Positions 20,401 to 33,967 of a stretch of 36,658 nt of DNA are shown piece by piece. Where the stretch lies: the NCBI GenBank assembly GCA_032718475.1, contig JAUCBJ010007961.1, forward strand, positions 1-36,658. The letters run 5' to 3'. Under the pieces are notes generated by a model that did not search any database, was not told the DNA's origin, and saw only the letters and a list, made by a program, of their open reading frames with translations. The DNA is from Nemertoderma westbladi (Eukaryota > Animalia > Xenacoelomorpha). Both the position numbers and the translations under genes were made by a program. The number at the start of each line of letters is the position of its first letter. The stretch's first letter is position 1.

Positions 20401-21370
20401 AAGTTACTATATAATATAACCATGTAAGTTGTTACATTATATAAGTTACTATATAATATAACCATGTAAGTTGTTACATTATATAAGTTACTATATAATA
20501 TAACTATGTATGCTATTACATTATATAAGTTACTATATAATATAACCATGTAAGTTGTTACATTATATAAGTTACTATATATCATAACGATGTAAGTTGT
20601 TACATTATATAAGTTACTATATTACATAACTATGTAAGTTGTTACATTATATAAGTTACTATATAATATAACCATGTAAGTTGTTACATTATATAAGTTA
20701 CTATATAATATAACCATGTAAGTTGTTACATTATATAAGTTACTATATAATATAACTATGTATGCTATTACATTATATAAGTTACTATATAATATAACCA
20801 TGTAAGTTGTTACATTATATAAGTTACTATATAATATAACTATGTATGCTATTACATTATATAAGTTACTATATAATATAACCATGTAAGTTGTTACATT
20901 ATATAAGTTACTATATAACATAACGATGTAAGTTGTTACATTATATAAGTTACTATATAACATAACGATGTAAGTTGTTACATTATATAAGTTACTATAT
21001 AATATAACTATGTATGCTATTACATTATATAAGTTACTATATAACATAACGATGTAAGTTGTTACATTATATAAGTTACTATATAACATAACGATGTAAG
21101 TTGTTACATTATATAAGTTACTATATAATATAACTATGTAAGTTGCTACATTATATAAGTTACTATATAACTTAACGATGTAAGTTGTTACATTATATAA
21201 GTTACTATATAATATAACTATGTATGCTATTACATTATATAAGTTACTATATAATATAACCATGTAAGTTGTTACATTATATAAGTTACTATATATCATA
21301 ACGATGTAAGTTGTTACATTATATAAGTTACTATATAACATAACGATGTAAGTTGTTACATTATATAAGT
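14411..21370 (+). repeat. 42-bp satellite, block 1 (~165 monomers)
   Basis: Consensus TAAC(G/C/T)ATGTAAGTTGTTACATTATATAAGTTACTATATA(ATA/TCA); the array starts inside exon 14. Confidence 0.99.
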
Positions 21371-24300
21371 GACCCCGCAACGTGATCTTGGTTCTGTTAA
21401 TGTAATTCTGTGAATAACTTTTATATGTATATACACACATATTTATTTATATTTGATATTTTGCATTGATTTTATTGCGGAGATATTTATATTTATTTTT
21501 GGAAACAACTATGGCATCTCTAAATAATATAAAAATTGTATCATGGAATTGCAATTCCATAAAACATCCAACATCGCAGAGAGTCATACAAGACTATTGC
21601 AATGCTGGTTGTGATATTATATTGCTGCAAGAACTTTGTATTCCTAAGCAGGAATTATCTTTGCTGTCCCAATTACACCCACAATACTTAGGTAGTGGGG
21701 TGTCACCAGTATGCAATTCTGCCGGTATACTGTCTGGGCGTCCTTATGGTGGTGTAGCCATCCTGTATAACAATAAAATTTCTCATGCTGTAGAAATTTT
21801 ATCATTTCATAATGAGCGCTTCATTGGTGCGGTTGTTACACTTAGTAATATGGAAAAACTATTAGTAATTAATGTGTACATGCCATATCAGTGTGAAGAT
21901 AACGAAACATCGTATATAAGTTGTCTCGGTGATATTAAATCTATTTTTGAGGATGTAGCATTTACTTACTTGTGTGTAATAGGTGACTTCAATGCTCACC
22001 CTGACCCTAGCCGGTCATTTCACTTGTTTTTAACAGAATGGTGCAATAATGAAGGTCTACAAATATTTGATATCGGTAATTTACCATCCGACACATTTAC
22101 GTATATAAGTGATGCTCACTTGACCACCTCATGGCTTGACCATGTTGTTTGCACTCCCTCTACAGGTAGTTTAATTGAATCCCTTTCAGTGGACTATGTA
22201 TCTTCCATAAGGGATCACATGCCTATAATTGTTAATTTTTCTGTAACTGTGTGCGTCAGCCCCATTACACAGCCTGGCCCTGGTCGGCCCAACCCACACC
22301 AGCCCACTAAATTGGACTGGGCAGCCACCTCTCCAGAGTCCATTGATACTTTCAAGTATCGTGTGAAAACTAATCTTGATATGTATATAATTAACAACAA
22401 TTTATTAAACTGTATGGACACTAAATGTTCGGTTCATAATGACGATATTGATATCTTGTACAATAGTGTTGTATCAATTTTAACTACTTGTGCTGTAGAA
22501 TGTATTAAATCGAATCCCACTGTAAATTGTAACTCCACCCAGCGCCACATTCCAGGCTGGAATGACCTTGTGGAGGAGAAACACAGTGAGGCTCGATTAA
22601 AATTCCTGTGTTGGAGATCTTCTGGGTCTCCAAGGCAGGGGCAAATATTTTCTGATTACCTAAGTGCTAAGGCTAATTTTAAGCGTTCCCTTAGGGCGTG
22701 TAAACGTGAAGAGGATAATATCCGTAACGGTAAAATAGCGAATTCACTATTGTCTAGTGGTGCATCATCAACCACGTTTTGGTCCAATGTGCACAAATGT
22801 TGTTCTAGTACAACTGTATTGCCTAATAAAGTGGGCGATGCTGTTGGTCCCAATCAAATTAGCGATCTGTGGAAGTCTCATTTTCACACTCTACTGAACT
22901 GCGTTAAGGACGATTCCGATAAGGAATTCGTTTCTGAAAAACTTATTGGAACTTCATTTCGTGCAGATTGCATTGTTAGTAATAATGAAATTTTTGAAGC
23001 TATTAATAGCCTATCTATTGGAAAGGCTGTTGGCCCAGACGGGTTACAAGCTGAGCACTTGATTAATGGCTGCTGTGTATCGTTACTTGATATTTTGGCT
23101 GTGCTTATTAATAGTATTTTTGTTCATGGTTATATGCCATCACTCATGATGGAATCCATTATTGTTCCACTTATCAAAGATAAAACAGGTGACCATACTT
23201 GTAAGGACAATTACAGGGGCATTTCAATTGCAACAGGTTTGAGCAAACTTGTAGAAAGCGTTATTTTAGCGCGTAGTTTAGCGCTAATGTATACAACTGA
23301 TAACCAGTTTGGTTTCAAATCCAAACTTGGAACGGAATATTGTATTTACACCCTTAAGGAGATCATAAACTTTTACCTTTCTAGCAACACTCCAGTATAT
23401 GTGTGTATGCTTGATGCCAGTAAAGCGTTTGACCGTGTCAACCACTTTACCCTACTCCGTAAACTTATATTACGAGGTTTTCCATTATATATAGTACGGC
23501 TAATTTTGTTTTGGTATCGATCCCAACTCATGTATGTTATGTGGGGTGGTATTTTTTCTGCCAAATTTATGGTGACTAATGGAACGAAACAGGGAGGTAT
23601 ACTCTCGCCGTTGCTGTATAATGTATATATTGACGATCTGAGTAAGGAGCTCACAGAGGCTGGTGTTGGTTGTTATGTCGACTGCATCAGATTGAACCAT
23701 ATATGTTATGCTGATGATATGTGCCTGATTTCGAATTCTATTTTCGGTTTACAACGGTTAATTGACATTGCCGTTAAATATGCTGATATTAATTCAATTA
23801 TATTTAACACGAAAAAGTCTAAGTGTTTATACTTCCTCCCGAAAGGATCGTCAGTTATTCGGCGCCCTAATGTGTTTCTGTATGGTGTTGCTATTGAAAT
23901 TGTAAATAAATTCAATTATTTAGGCCATATTTTACATTGTACAATGGATGATGACTATGATATTCTTAACCAAACTTGTAAGTTATATTCTAGAGCTAAT
24001 TTTATTATTAGGAAATTTAGCGGCTGTGCAAATAATGTAAAAGTGCAATTGTTCCGTGCATTCTGTACCCCGATTTATTGTAATGCCTTATGGGCTAGGC
24101 GTAATTACTCAGATCGTATCCACAGTAAACTTAAAGTAGCCTATAATAATTGCGCAAGGCGATTATTTGGGTTACCAAGAGTTACTGATGGACAGACATC
24201 GAGTATTTCACTAGCGCTCGGTATGTTGAATATACCATTATTTATACATATCAGATATAGATCAGTAATCAGTCTATTTGATCGTATAAACAAGATAGAT

Positions 24301-24570
24301 AATACACTATTGCAAGCATTAAATACGGCAGTAGTTAAGATATCACGAATACGTGAAATGAAAGACCCTGTATTTCTAACCTAAATGTGTATAATCGCGA
24401 ACAATATGAGTAAATAGTTATTGTTTTTCTTCTTTTTTCTTTTTTCTTTTTAATAATATATTCATAGAAGTTAGTTACCATGTTGTATGATATATATATT
24501 TTGTGATCATATATATTAAATAATTTTACTATGTGCAATTGCATGAAATAAAGAATATAATAATATAATA
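21371..24570 (+). mobile_element. Non-LTR retrotransposon (LINE, APE+RT type; RTE-X-like, clade uncertain), probably 5'-truncated above ORF2
   Basis: Sharp exit from and re-entry into the satellite; ATAAGT duplicated at 21365-21370 and 24571-24576; 3' UTR with AATAAA (24547) and a (TAA)-rich tail; no ORF1. Confidence 0.95.
21511..24384 (+). CDS. LINE ORF2: apurinic-like endonuclease + reverse transcriptase (957 aa from first ATG)
   Basis: APE motifs SWNCNS, IILLQE, GDFNAH, WLDH and DHMP; RT motifs NYRGIS, QFGFK, LDASKAFDRV, KQGGILSPLLYNVY, YADD and YLGH; no stops or frameshifts. Confidence 0.97.
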   Translation: MASLNNIKIVSWNCNSIKHPTSQRVIQDYCNAGCDIILLQELCIPKQELSLLSQLHPQYLGSGVSPVCNSAGILSGRPYGGVAILYNNKISHAVEILSFHNERFIGAVVTLSNMEKLLVINVYMPYQCEDNETSYISCLGDIKSIFEDVAFTYLCVIGDFNAHPDPSRSFHLFLTEWCNNEGLQIFDIGNLPSDTFTYISDAHLTTSWLDHVVCTPSTGSLIESLSVDYVSSIRDHMPIIVNFSVTVCVSPITQPGPGRPNPHQPTKLDWAATSPESIDTFKYRVKTNLDMYIINNNLLNCMDTKCSVHNDDIDILYNSVVSILTTCAVECIKSNPTVNCNSTQRHIPGWNDLVEEKHSEARLKFLCWRSSGSPRQGQIFSDYLSAKANFKRSLRACKREEDNIRNGKIANSLLSSGASSTTFWSNVHKCCSSTTVLPNKVGDAVGPNQISDLWKSHFHTLLNCVKDDSDKEFVSEKLIGTSFRADCIVSNNEIFEAINSLSIGKAVGPDGLQAEHLINGCCVSLLDILAVLINSIFVHGYMPSLMMESIIVPLIKDKTGDHTCKDNYRGISIATGLSKLVESVILARSLALMYTTDNQFGFKSKLGTEYCIYTLKEIINFYLSSNTPVYVCMLDASKAFDRVNHFTLLRKLILRGFPLYIVRLILFWYRSQLMYVMWGGIFSAKFMVTNGTKQGGILSPLLYNVYIDDLSKELTEAGVGCYVDCIRLNHICYADDMCLISNSIFGLQRLIDIAVKYADINSIIFNTKKSKCLYFLPKGSSVIRRPNVFLYGVAIEIVNKFNYLGHILHCTMDDDYDILNQTCKLYSRANFIIRKFSGCANNVKVQLFRAFCTPIYCNALWARRNYSDRIHSKLKVAYNNCARRLFGLPRVTDGQTSSISLALGMLNIPLFIHIRYRSVISLFDRINKIDNTLLQALNTAVVKISRIREMKDPVFLT

Positions 24571-27500
24571 ATAAGTTACTATATAATGTAACTATGTATG
24601 CTATTACATTATATAAGTTACTATATAATATAACGATGTAAGTTGTTACATTATATAAGTTACTATATAATATAACTATGTATGCTATTACATTATATAA
24701 GTTACTATATAACATAACGATGTAAGTTGTTACATTATATAAGTTACTATATATCATAACGATGTAAGTTGTTACATTATATAAGTTACTATATTACATA
24801 ACTATGTAAGTTGTTACATTATATAAGTTACTATATAATATAACCATGTAAGTTGTTACATTATATAAGTTACTATATATCATAACGATGTAAGTTGTTA
24901 CATTATATAAGTTACTATATAACATAACGATGTAAGTTGTTACATTATATAAGTTACTATATAATATAACTATGTATGCTATTACATTATATAAGTTACT
25001 ATATAATATAACCATGTAAGTTGTTACATTATATAAGTTACTATATATCATAACGATGTAAGTTGTTACATTATATAAGTTACTATATTACATAACTATG
25101 TAAGTTGTTACATTATATAAGTTACTATATAATATAACCATGTAAGTTGTTACATTATATAAGTTACTATATATCATAACGATGTAAGTTGTTACATTAT
25201 ATAAGTTACTATATAATATAACTATGTAAGTTGCTACATTATATAAGTTACTATATAACTTAACGATGTAAGTTGTTACATTATATAAGTTACTATATAA
25301 TATAACTATGTATGCTATTACATTATATAAGTTACTATATAATATAACCATGTAAGTTGTTACATTATATAAGTTACTATATATCATAACTATGTAAGTT
25401 GTTACATTATATAATATAAGTTACTATATAATATAACCATGTAAGTTGTTACATTATATAAGTTACTATATAACTTAACGATGTAAGTTGCTACATTATA
25501 TAAGTTACTATATAACTTAACGATGTAAGTTGCTACATTATATAAGTTACTATATAACTTAACGATGTAAGTTGCTACATTATATAAGTTACTATATAAC
25601 TTAACGATGTAAGTTGTTACATTATATAAGTTACTATATAATATAACCATGTAAGTTGTTACATTATATAAGTTACTATATAATATAACTATGTATGCTA
25701 TTACATTATATAAGTTACTATATAATATAACCATGTAAGTTGTTACATTATATAAGTTACTATATATCATAACTATGTAGGTTGTTACATTATATAATAT
25801 AAGTTACTATATAATATAACCATGTAAGTTGTTACATTATATATGTTACTATATATCATAACGATGTAAGTTGTTACATTATATAAGTTACTATATAATA
25901 TAACTATGTAAGTTGCTACATTATATAAGTTACTATATAACTTAACGATGTAAGTTGTTACATTATATAAGTTACTATATAATATAACTATGTATGCTAT
26001 TACATTATATAAGTTACTATATAATATAACCATGTAAGTTGTTACATTATATAAGTTACTATATATCATAACGATGTAAGTTGTTACATTATATAAGTTA
26101 CTATATAATATAACTATGTAAGTTGCTACATTATATAAGTTACTATATAACTTAACGATGTAAGTTGTTACATTATATAAGTTACTATATATCATAACGA
26201 TGTAAGTTGTTACATTATATAAGTTACTATATAATATAACGATGTAAGTTGTTACATGATATCAGTTACTATATAACTTAACGATGTAAGTTGTTACATT
26301 ATATAAGTTACTATATATCATAACGATGTAAGTTGTTACATTATATAAGTTACTATATAATATAACGATGTAAGTTGTTACATTATATAAGTTACTATAT
26401 AGCTTAACGATGTAAGTTGTTACATTATATAAGTTACTATATATCATAACGATGTAAGTTGTTACATTATATAAGTTACTATATAATATAACTATGTAAG
26501 TTGCTACATTATATAAGTTACTATATAACTTAACGATGTAAGTTGTTACATTATATAAGTTACTATATATCATAACGATGTAAGTTGTTACATTATATAA
26601 GTTACTATATAATATAACGATGTAAGTTGTTACATTATATAAGTTACTATATAACTTAACGATGTAAGTTGTTACATTATATAAGTTACTATATATCATA
26701 ACGATGTAAGTTGTTACATTATATAAGTTACTATATAATATAACGATGTAAGTTGTTACATTATATAAGTTACTATATAACTTAACGATGTAAGTTGTTA
26801 CATTATATAAGTTACTATATATCATAACGATGTAAGTTGTTACATTATATCAGTTACTATATATTATAACGATGTAAGTTGTTACATTATATAAGTTACT
26901 ATATAACTTAACGATGTAAGTTGTTACATTATATAAGTTACTATATATCATAACTATGTAAGTTGTTACATTATATAATATAAGTTACTATATAATATAA
27001 CCATGTAAGTTGTTACATTATATAAGTTACTATATATCATAACGATGTAAGTTGTTACATTATATAAGTTACTATATAATATAACTATGTAAGTTGCTAC
27101 ATTATATAAGTTACTATATAACTTAACGATGTAAGTTGTTACATTATATAAGTTACTATATAATATAACTATGTATGCTATTACATTATATAAGTTACTA
27201 TATAATATAACCATGTAAGTTGTTACATTATATAAGTTACTATATATCATAACGATGTAAGTTGTTACATTATATAAGTTACTATATAATATAACTATGT
27301 AAGTTGCTACATTATATAAGTTACTATATAACTTAACGATATAAGTTGTTACATTATATAAGTTACTATATATCATAACGATGTAAGTTGTTACATTATA
27401 TAAGTTACTATATAATATAACCATGTAAGTTGTTACATTATATAAGTTACTATATATCATAACGATGTAAGTTGTTACATTATATAAGTTACTATATATC

Positions 27501-30500
27501 ATAACGATGTAAGTTGTTACATTATATCAGTTACTATATAATATAACGATGTAAGTTGTTACATTATATAAGTTACTATATAACTTAACGATGTAAGTTG
27601 TTACATTATATAAGTTACTATATATCATAACGATGTAAGTTGTTACATTATATAAGTTACTATATATCATAACGATGTAAGTTGTTACATTATATCAGTT
27701 ACTATATAATATAACTATGTATGCTATTACATTATATAAGTTACTATATAACTTAACGATGTAAGTTGTTACATTATATAAGTTACTATATATCATAACG
27801 ATGTAAGTTGTTACATTATATAAGTTACTATATATCATAACGATGTAAGTTGTTACATTATATCAGTTACTATATAATATAACGATGTAAGTTGTTACAT
27901 TATATAAGTTACTATATAACTTAACGATGTAAGTTGTTACATTATATAAGTTACTATATATCATAACGATGTAAGTTGTTACATTATATAAGTTACTATA
28001 TATCATAACGATGTAAGTTGTTACATTATATCAGTTACTATATAATATAACGATGTAAGTTGTTACATTATATAAGTTACTATATAACTTAACCATGTAA
28101 GTTGTTACATTATATAAGTTACTATAAAACATAACGATGTAAGTTGTTACATTATATAAGTTACTATATAACATAACTATGTAAGTTGTTACATTATATA
28201 AGTTACTATATATCATAACGATGTAAGTTGTTACATTATATAAGTTACTATAAAACATAACGATGTAAGTTGTTACATTATATAAGTTACTATAAAACAT
28301 AACGATGTAAGTTGTTACATTATATAAGTTACTATATATCATTACCATGTAAGTTGTTACATTATATAAGTTACTATAAAACATAACGAGTAAGTTGTTA
28401 CATTATATAAGTTACTATATATCATAACCATGTAAGTTGTTACATTATATAAGTTACTATAAAACATAACGATGTAAGTTGTTACATTATATAAGTTACT
28501 ATATATCATTACCATGTAAGTTGTTACATTATATAAGTTACTATAAAACATAACGATGTAAGTTGTTACATTATATAAGTTACTATAAAACATAACGATG
28601 TAAGTTGTTACATTATATAAGTTACTATAAAACATAACGATGTAAGTTGTTACATTATATAAGTTACTATATATCATTACCATGTAAGTTGCTACATTAT
28701 ATAAGTTACTATAAAACATAACGATGTAAGTTGTTACATTATATAAGTTACTATATATCATAACCATGTAAGTTGTTACATTATATAAGTTACTATAAAA
28801 CATAACGATGTAAGTTGTTACATTATATAAGTTACTATATATCATTACCATGTAAGTTGCTACATTATATAAGTTACTATATAACTTAACGATGTAAGTT
28901 GTTACATTATATAAGTTACTATATAACTTAACGATGTAAGTTGTTACATTATATAAGTTACTATATAATATAACCATGTAAGTTGTTACATTATATAAGT
29001 TACTATATAATATAACTATGTATGCTATTACATTATATAAGTTACTATATAATATAACCATGTAAGTTGTTACATTATATAAGTTACTATATATCATAAC
29101 TATGTAGGTTGTTACATTATATAATATAAGTTACTATATAATATAACCATGTAAGTTGTTACATTATATAAGTTACTATATATCATAACGATGTAAGTTG
29201 TTACATTATATAAGTTACTATATAATATAACTATGTAAGTTGCTACATTATATAAGTTACTATATAACTTAACGATGTAAGTTGTTACATTATATAAGTT
29301 ACTATATAATATAACTATGTATGCTATTACATTATATAAGTTACTATATAATATAACCATGTAAGTTGTTACATTATATAAGTTACTATATATCATAACG
29401 ATGTAAGTTGTTACATTATATAAGTTACTATATAATATAACTATGTAAGTTGCTACATTATATAAGTTACTATATAACTTAACGATGTAAGTTGTTACAT
29501 TATATAAGTTACTATATATCATAACGATGTAAGTTGTTACATTATATAAGTTACTATATAATATAACGATGTAAGTTGTTACATTATATAAGTTACTATA
29601 TAACTTAACGATGTAAGTTGTTACATTATATAAGTTACTATATATCATAACGATGTAAGTTGTTACATTATATAAGTTACTATATAATATAACGATGTAA
29701 GTTGTTACATTATATAAGTTACTATATAGCTTAACGATGTAAGTTGTTACATTATATAAGTTACTATATATCATAACGATGTAAGTTGTTACATTATATA
29801 AGTTACTATATAATATAACTATGTAAGTTGCTACATTATATAAGTTACTATATAACTTAACGATGTAAGTTGTTACATTATATAAGTTACTATATATCAT
29901 AACGATGTAAGTTGTTACATTATATAAGTTACTATATAATATAACGATGTAAGTTGTTACATTATATAAGTTACTATATAACTTAACGATGTAAGTTGTT
30001 ACATTATATAAGTTACTATATATCATAACGATGTAAGTTGTTACATTATATAAGTTACTATATAATATAACGATGTAAGTTGTTACATTATATAAGTTAC
30101 TATATAACTTAACGATGTAAGTTGTTACATTATATAAGTTACTATATATCATAACGATGTAAGTTGTTACATTATATCAGTTACTATATAATATAACGAT
30201 GTAAGTTGTTACATTATATAAGTTACTATATAACTTAACGATGTAAGTTGTTACATTATATAAGTTACTATATATCATAACTATGTAAGTTGTTACATTA
30301 TATAATATAAGTTACTATATAATATAACCATGTAAGTTGTTACATTATATAAGTTACTATATATCATAACGATGTAAGTTGTTACATTATATAAGTTACT
30401 ATATAATATAACTATGTAAGTTGCTACATTATATAAGTTACTATATAACTTAACGATGTAAGTTGTTACATTATATAAGTTACTATATAATATAACTATG

Positions 30501-33500
30501 TATGCTATTACATTATATAAGTTACTATATAATATAACCATGTAAGTTGTTACATTATATAAGTTACTATATATCATAACGATGTAAGTTGTTACATTAT
30601 ATAAGTTACTATATAATATAACTATGTAAGTTGCTACATTATATAAGTTACTATATAACTTAACGATGTAAGTTGTTACATTATATAAGTTACTATATAT
30701 CATAACGATGTAAGTTGTTACATTATATAAGTTACTATATAATATAACCATGTAAGTTGTTACATTATATAAGTTACTATATATCATAACGATGTAAGTT
30801 GTTACATTATATAAGTTACTATATATCATAACGATGTAAGTTGTTACATTATATCAGTTACTATATAATATAACGATGTAAGTTGTTACATTATATAAGT
30901 TACTATATAACTTAACGATGTAAGTTGTTACATTATATAAGTTACTATATATCATAACGATGTAAGTTGTTACATTATATAAGTTACTATATATCATAAC
31001 GATGTAAGTTGTTACATTATATCAGTTACTATATAATATAACGATGTAAGTTGTTACATTATATAAGTTACTATATAACTTAACGATGTAAGTTGTTACA
31101 TTATATAAGTTACTATATATCATAACGATGTAAGTTGTTACATTATATAAGTTACTATATATCATAACGATGTAAGTTGTTACATTATATCAGTTACTAT
31201 ATAATATAACGATGTAAGTTGTTACATTATATAAGTTACTATATAACTTAACGATGTAAGTTGTTACATTATATAAGTTACTATATATCATAACGATGTA
31301 AGTTGTTACATTATATAAGTTACTATATATCATAACGATGTAAGTTGTTACATTATATCAGTTACTATATAATATAACGATGTAAGTTGTTACATTATAT
31401 AAGTTACTATATAACTTAACGATGTAAGTTGTTACATTATATAAGTTACTATATATCATAACGATGTAAGTTGTTACATTATATAAGTTACTATATATCA
31501 TAACGATGTAAGTTGTTACATTATATCAGTTACTATATAATATAACGATGTAAGTTGTTACATTATATAAGTTACTATATAACTTAACGATGTAAGTTGT
31601 TACATTATATAAGTTACTATAAAACATAACGATGTAAGTTGTTACATTATATAAGTTACTATATAACATAACTATGTAAGTTGTTACATTATATAAGTTA
31701 CTATATATCATAACGATGTAAGTTGTTACATTATATAAGTTACTATAAAACATAACGATGTAAGTTGTTACATTATATAAGTTACTATAAAACATAACGA
31801 TGTAAGTTGTTACATTATATAAGTTACTATATATCATTACCATGTAAGTTGTTACATTATATAAGTTACTATAAAACATAACGATGTAAGTTGTTACATT
31901 ATATAAGTTACTATATATCATAACCATGTAAGTTGTTACATTATATAAGTTACTATAAAACATAACGATGTAAGTTGTTACATTATATAAGTTACTATAT
32001 ATCATTACCATGTAAGTTGTTACATTATATAAGTTACAATAAAGCATAACGATGTAAGTTGTTACATTATATAAGTTACTATAAAACATAACGATGTAAG
32101 TTGTTACATTATATAAGTTACTATATAACATAACGATGTAAGTTGTTACATTATATAAGTTACTATATATCATAACCATGTAAGTTGTTACATTATATAA
32201 GTTACTATAAAACATAACGATGTAAGTTGTTACATTATATAAGTTACTATATATCATTACCATGTAAGTTGTTACATTATATAAGTTACTATAAAACATA
32301 ACGATGTAAGTTGTTACATTATATAAGTTACTATAAAACATAACGATGTAAGTTGTTACATTATATAAGTTACTATATATCATAACGATGTAAGTTGTTA
32401 CATTATATAAGTTACTATATATCATAACGATGTAAGTTGTTACATTATATAAGTTACTATATATCATAACGATGTAAGTTGCTACATTATATAAGTTACT
32501 ATATAACTTAACGATGTAAGTTGTTACATTATATAAGTTACTATAAAACATAACGATGTAAGTTGTTACATTATATAAGTTACTATATAACATAACTATG
32601 TAAGTTGTTACATTATATAAGTTACTATATATCATAACGATGTAAGTTGTTACATTATATAAGTTACTATAATATAACTATGTATGCTATTACATTATAT
32701 AAGTTACTATATAATATAACCATGTAAGTTGCTACATTATATAAGTTACTATATAACTTAACGATGTAAGTTGTTACATTATATAAGTTACTATAAAACA
32801 TAACGATGTAAGTTGTTACATTATATAAGTTACTATATATCATAACGATGTAAGTTGTTACATTATATAAGTTACTATAAAACATAACGATGTAAGTTGT
32901 TACATTATATAAGTTACTATAAAACATAACGATGTAAGTTGTTACATTATATAAGTTACTATATATCATTACCATGTAAGTTGTTACATTATATAAGTTA
33001 CTATAAAACATAACGATGTAAGTTGTTACATTATATAAGTTACTATATATCATAACCATGTAAGTTGTTACATTATATAAGTTACTATAAAACATAACGA
33101 TGTAAGTTGTTACATTATATAAGTTACTATATATCATTACCATGTAAGTTGTTACATTATATAAGTTACTATAAAACATAACGATGTAAGTTGTTACATT
33201 ATATAAGTTACTATAAAACATAACGATGTAAGTTGTTACATTATATAAGTTACTATATAACATAACGATGTAAGTTGTTACATTATATAAGTTACTATAT
33301 ATCATAACCATGTAAGTTGTTACATTATATAAGTTACTATAAAACATAACGATGTAAGTTGTTACATTATATAAGTTACTATATATCATTACCATGTAAG
33401 TTGTTACATTATATAAGTTACTATAAAACATAACGATGTAAGTTGTTACATTATATAAGTTACTATAAAACATAACGATGTAAGTTGTTACATTATATAA

Positions 33501-33693
33501 GTTAGTATATAACATAACGATGTAAGTTGTTACATTATATAAGTTACTATATAATATAACCATGTAAGTTGTTACTTTATATAAGTTACTATAAAACATA
33601 ACGATGTAAGTTGTTACATTATATAAGTTACTATAAAACATAACGATGTAAGTTGTTACATTATATAAGTTACTATATATCATAACCATGTAA
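24571..33693 (+). repeat. 42-bp satellite, block 2 (~217 monomers)
   Basis: Same monomer; includes 47-bp variants (+TATAA) near 25410, 25795, 26975, 29120 and 30300, and small-deletion variants near 28389 and 32670. Confidence 0.99.
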
Positions 33694-33967
33694 TAGGTCA
33701 TGTCCAGTCCATGTAACCATGGACATGACCATAACCATGTCAATCATAACCATTTAATATCATTAATAATATGTAACAATATCTGAATTTCATTGAGAAA
33801 CAGCTGAGATATAAGCGTTCAAAGATTGCAAGAATTATCGTTCGCTGAAGGCCATTTATTCTATTAAATAAATACACAATATTCTGGAATATTTTGTTTA
33901 AGTATGAATAGCTACGCAATAGATATATTGGATAGGAATACCGCTGTTGCCAACCAACTTATAAAAT

